A DNA stretch of 64,000 bases, taken from positions 167,958,001 through 168,022,000 of the forward strand of contig OX597814.1 in the NCBI GenBank assembly GCA_951406725.2. Direction: 5' to 3'. The notes under the pieces were generated by a model. It searched no databases and was not told where the DNA came from. It worked only from the letters and a program-made list of their open reading frames with translations. Positions 62,114 through 64,000 of this stretch are shown here, one piece after another; the first letter of the stretch is position 1; the number at the start of each line of letters is the position of its first letter. This DNA comes from Octopus vulgaris. Its lineage: Eukaryota. Both the position numbers and the translations under genes were made by a program.

Positions 62114-64000
62114 CATATATATACATATATATATATACATATATATACTATATATATATACATATATATATATACATATATATATGCACACACACACATA
62201 TTTATATTTCTCTCTCTTGTACCCCACCCATCTCTTACCCTCTCTGTTTGACCAGTCTAATCATGTACATAAATCCTTCACGAGTACAGAAGATGTATTT
62301 TTTTATCTTGGTTGTGACTACAAATGATTTCTGTTTAGAATTCTCTCCAACAATACTGAACCTTATACACAGTAAATAAACTAGAGTTAGGGCTGGATAC
62401 AATAATTATATGATAATCTAGTCTGATTTAGAATTACAAATTGTCTAACTGCATTCTTGAACTAATTACATATAAAGTCTTTACTTTCAGTGCATGCCAT
62501 AAGTTTCTAAAACACAGTACTAACTTCTCAGAGTAGTCTACAGTATGATTTCTTGCCCATTGTTAGTATAAAAATTACTTTATTACATTCTTAGATTATT
62601 CTATTAATTTCTTAATTTACTCTAATTCAGCTGCTGTATGTTGTATTTGCGTGCAGTTCATTATTCATTGACGTATAATTAGCATGTGCATGTATGCATT
62701 CATCTGCAAATGTGTGCAGGTTTCTTTCTATCATCCCTTTTGCTCTCTTTCGTTTCTGAAAAAAGATAGACTCTATCAACTCATCTATCTCAACAGGATA
62801 TATTACTTCAGGGCTGGTTACATTTCTAGTTCTGAATCTGTTGAAATCTGAAAAAGAGAACTTTGAAGTCTGGAAATATAGTTGAGTGGAAAAAAAAACC
62901 GTGGTGAATATGGCTCAAATATTAGGTAGCAGTATGTTCATTAAAAGTATGATATTACCAGGTATTATGCTTTATATATTTTTAGTAGCTAAAATTTAGG
63001 AGTAATTATTTAGTTAACTGCTATCTCTGTTCGTGATACATAACTTTTCTCCTTGTTATGGAAGGCAAACTATATGAGGTTTTTAAAGAGTGTAATGCTA
63101 CATAAGATTAAAATTAAAAAAGGCAGGTTCATTAGCACACTGAGCAAAATGCTTAGCAGTATTTCATCTGTCTTTATGTTCTGAGTTCAAATTCTGCCAA
63201 CGTCAACTTTGCATTTCATCCTTTCAGGTTCCCTAAAATAAATACCAGTTCAGCACTGGGGTCAATCTAATCGACCTATCCCCCTGAAATTGCTGGCCTG
63301 GTGCCAAAACTTGAAAGCAATATCAAAATTATGCAGTACATGTTGAAGACCAGTAGTGATTATAAGAGAAGCAAGGCAGACAGTGTCTGTTCAATGTGTA
63401 ATAGCTGAAAGTGGAGATTAATTGAGGAACTGCCAAAGCATGGAAAACAATTCAGTGTTATGTGTCATGAAAGACAACTGCACTTTTAGGTGATGAGAAA
63501 GATGTTAGTAATAAAAATAACCCAAGGAAAATACTGAGGGATAATTCACAAATGATATTTAAGCTGAAGACACATGGAAAGATTCTATATAGCAAAACCC
63601 AGCTAATCACATGTCCAGTAGCTTAACTGCCATTTCACTCACTGCATTATATCCTCTTGGAGACCAATGTGATACTTATTATAACATTGTTTAGTTACCT
63701 GTACAGATTCTACACACTTTCCTAAAAGCAAAAATGCATGAATTGAGCACTGTAATGTTTTAGCACAAAGCCACAAATACACACACGTACACGTGTGTGT
63801 GTGTGTGTGTAAATGTGATAAAATGAAAAAAATATGAAATTGAATTAGTAGTTGAAACACAGTGCCACATCTGGATTAAATTTGATATGTATTTTAATAT
63901 TCATATTTTCTATTGTATTTTGTGTGAATATCTTTGCATGTATATTAGATTACATTATTTTAGCTCAACTTTAGTGTACTGAGCACTCTACTACATAAAG

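Noticed and set aside
61969-62379. Overlapping Y/I/C/H-rich ORFs; likewise ORFs at 5641-5968, 16980-17718, 22340, 42648-44181 and 53018-53380
   Set aside because: Translations of microsatellites and SINEs.
54713-64000. Further MED24 exons (expected T.DAD.SK motif next)
   Set aside because: No matching phase-0 exon found by eye; it is presumably beyond the window.

Overview
AT-rich, intron-rich animal genomic DNA. The repeat families and microsatellite load look like an octopus (coleoid cephalopod); this is recalled from memory, not searched. Three host genes were assembled by hand with phase-consistent GT-AG junctions. (1) The last four coding exons of ASCC3 (+, 675-7603). (2) A complete 5-exon, ~736-aa gene on the - strand (35307 to 23116) encoding an AT-hook, nine C2H2 fingers and a possible KH-like N-terminal module. 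(3) The first ten coding exons of MED24 (+, 39716-54712; the gene runs off the window), head-to-head with the zinc-finger gene across a ~0.5 kb candidate bidirectional promoter. The rest is mostly mobile DNA: a decayed Ty3/Gypsy element, a full-length dead mariner with TIRs and TA TSD, Penelope-like, RTE and R4/Dong LINE fragments, Helitron-like pieces, hAT- and piggyBac-type MITEs, many tRNA-derived SINEs (some nested, with clean TSDs) and several foldback palindromes. The most unusual signal is in MED24 intron 9. It holds an open, in-frame 108-nt exon extension and an in-frame 18/9-nt microexon candidate, and both alternative GTAAGT donors can be base-paired by sequence inside the extension, suggesting RNA-structure-gated splicing. 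All calls were made by eye, with no database search or folding software.
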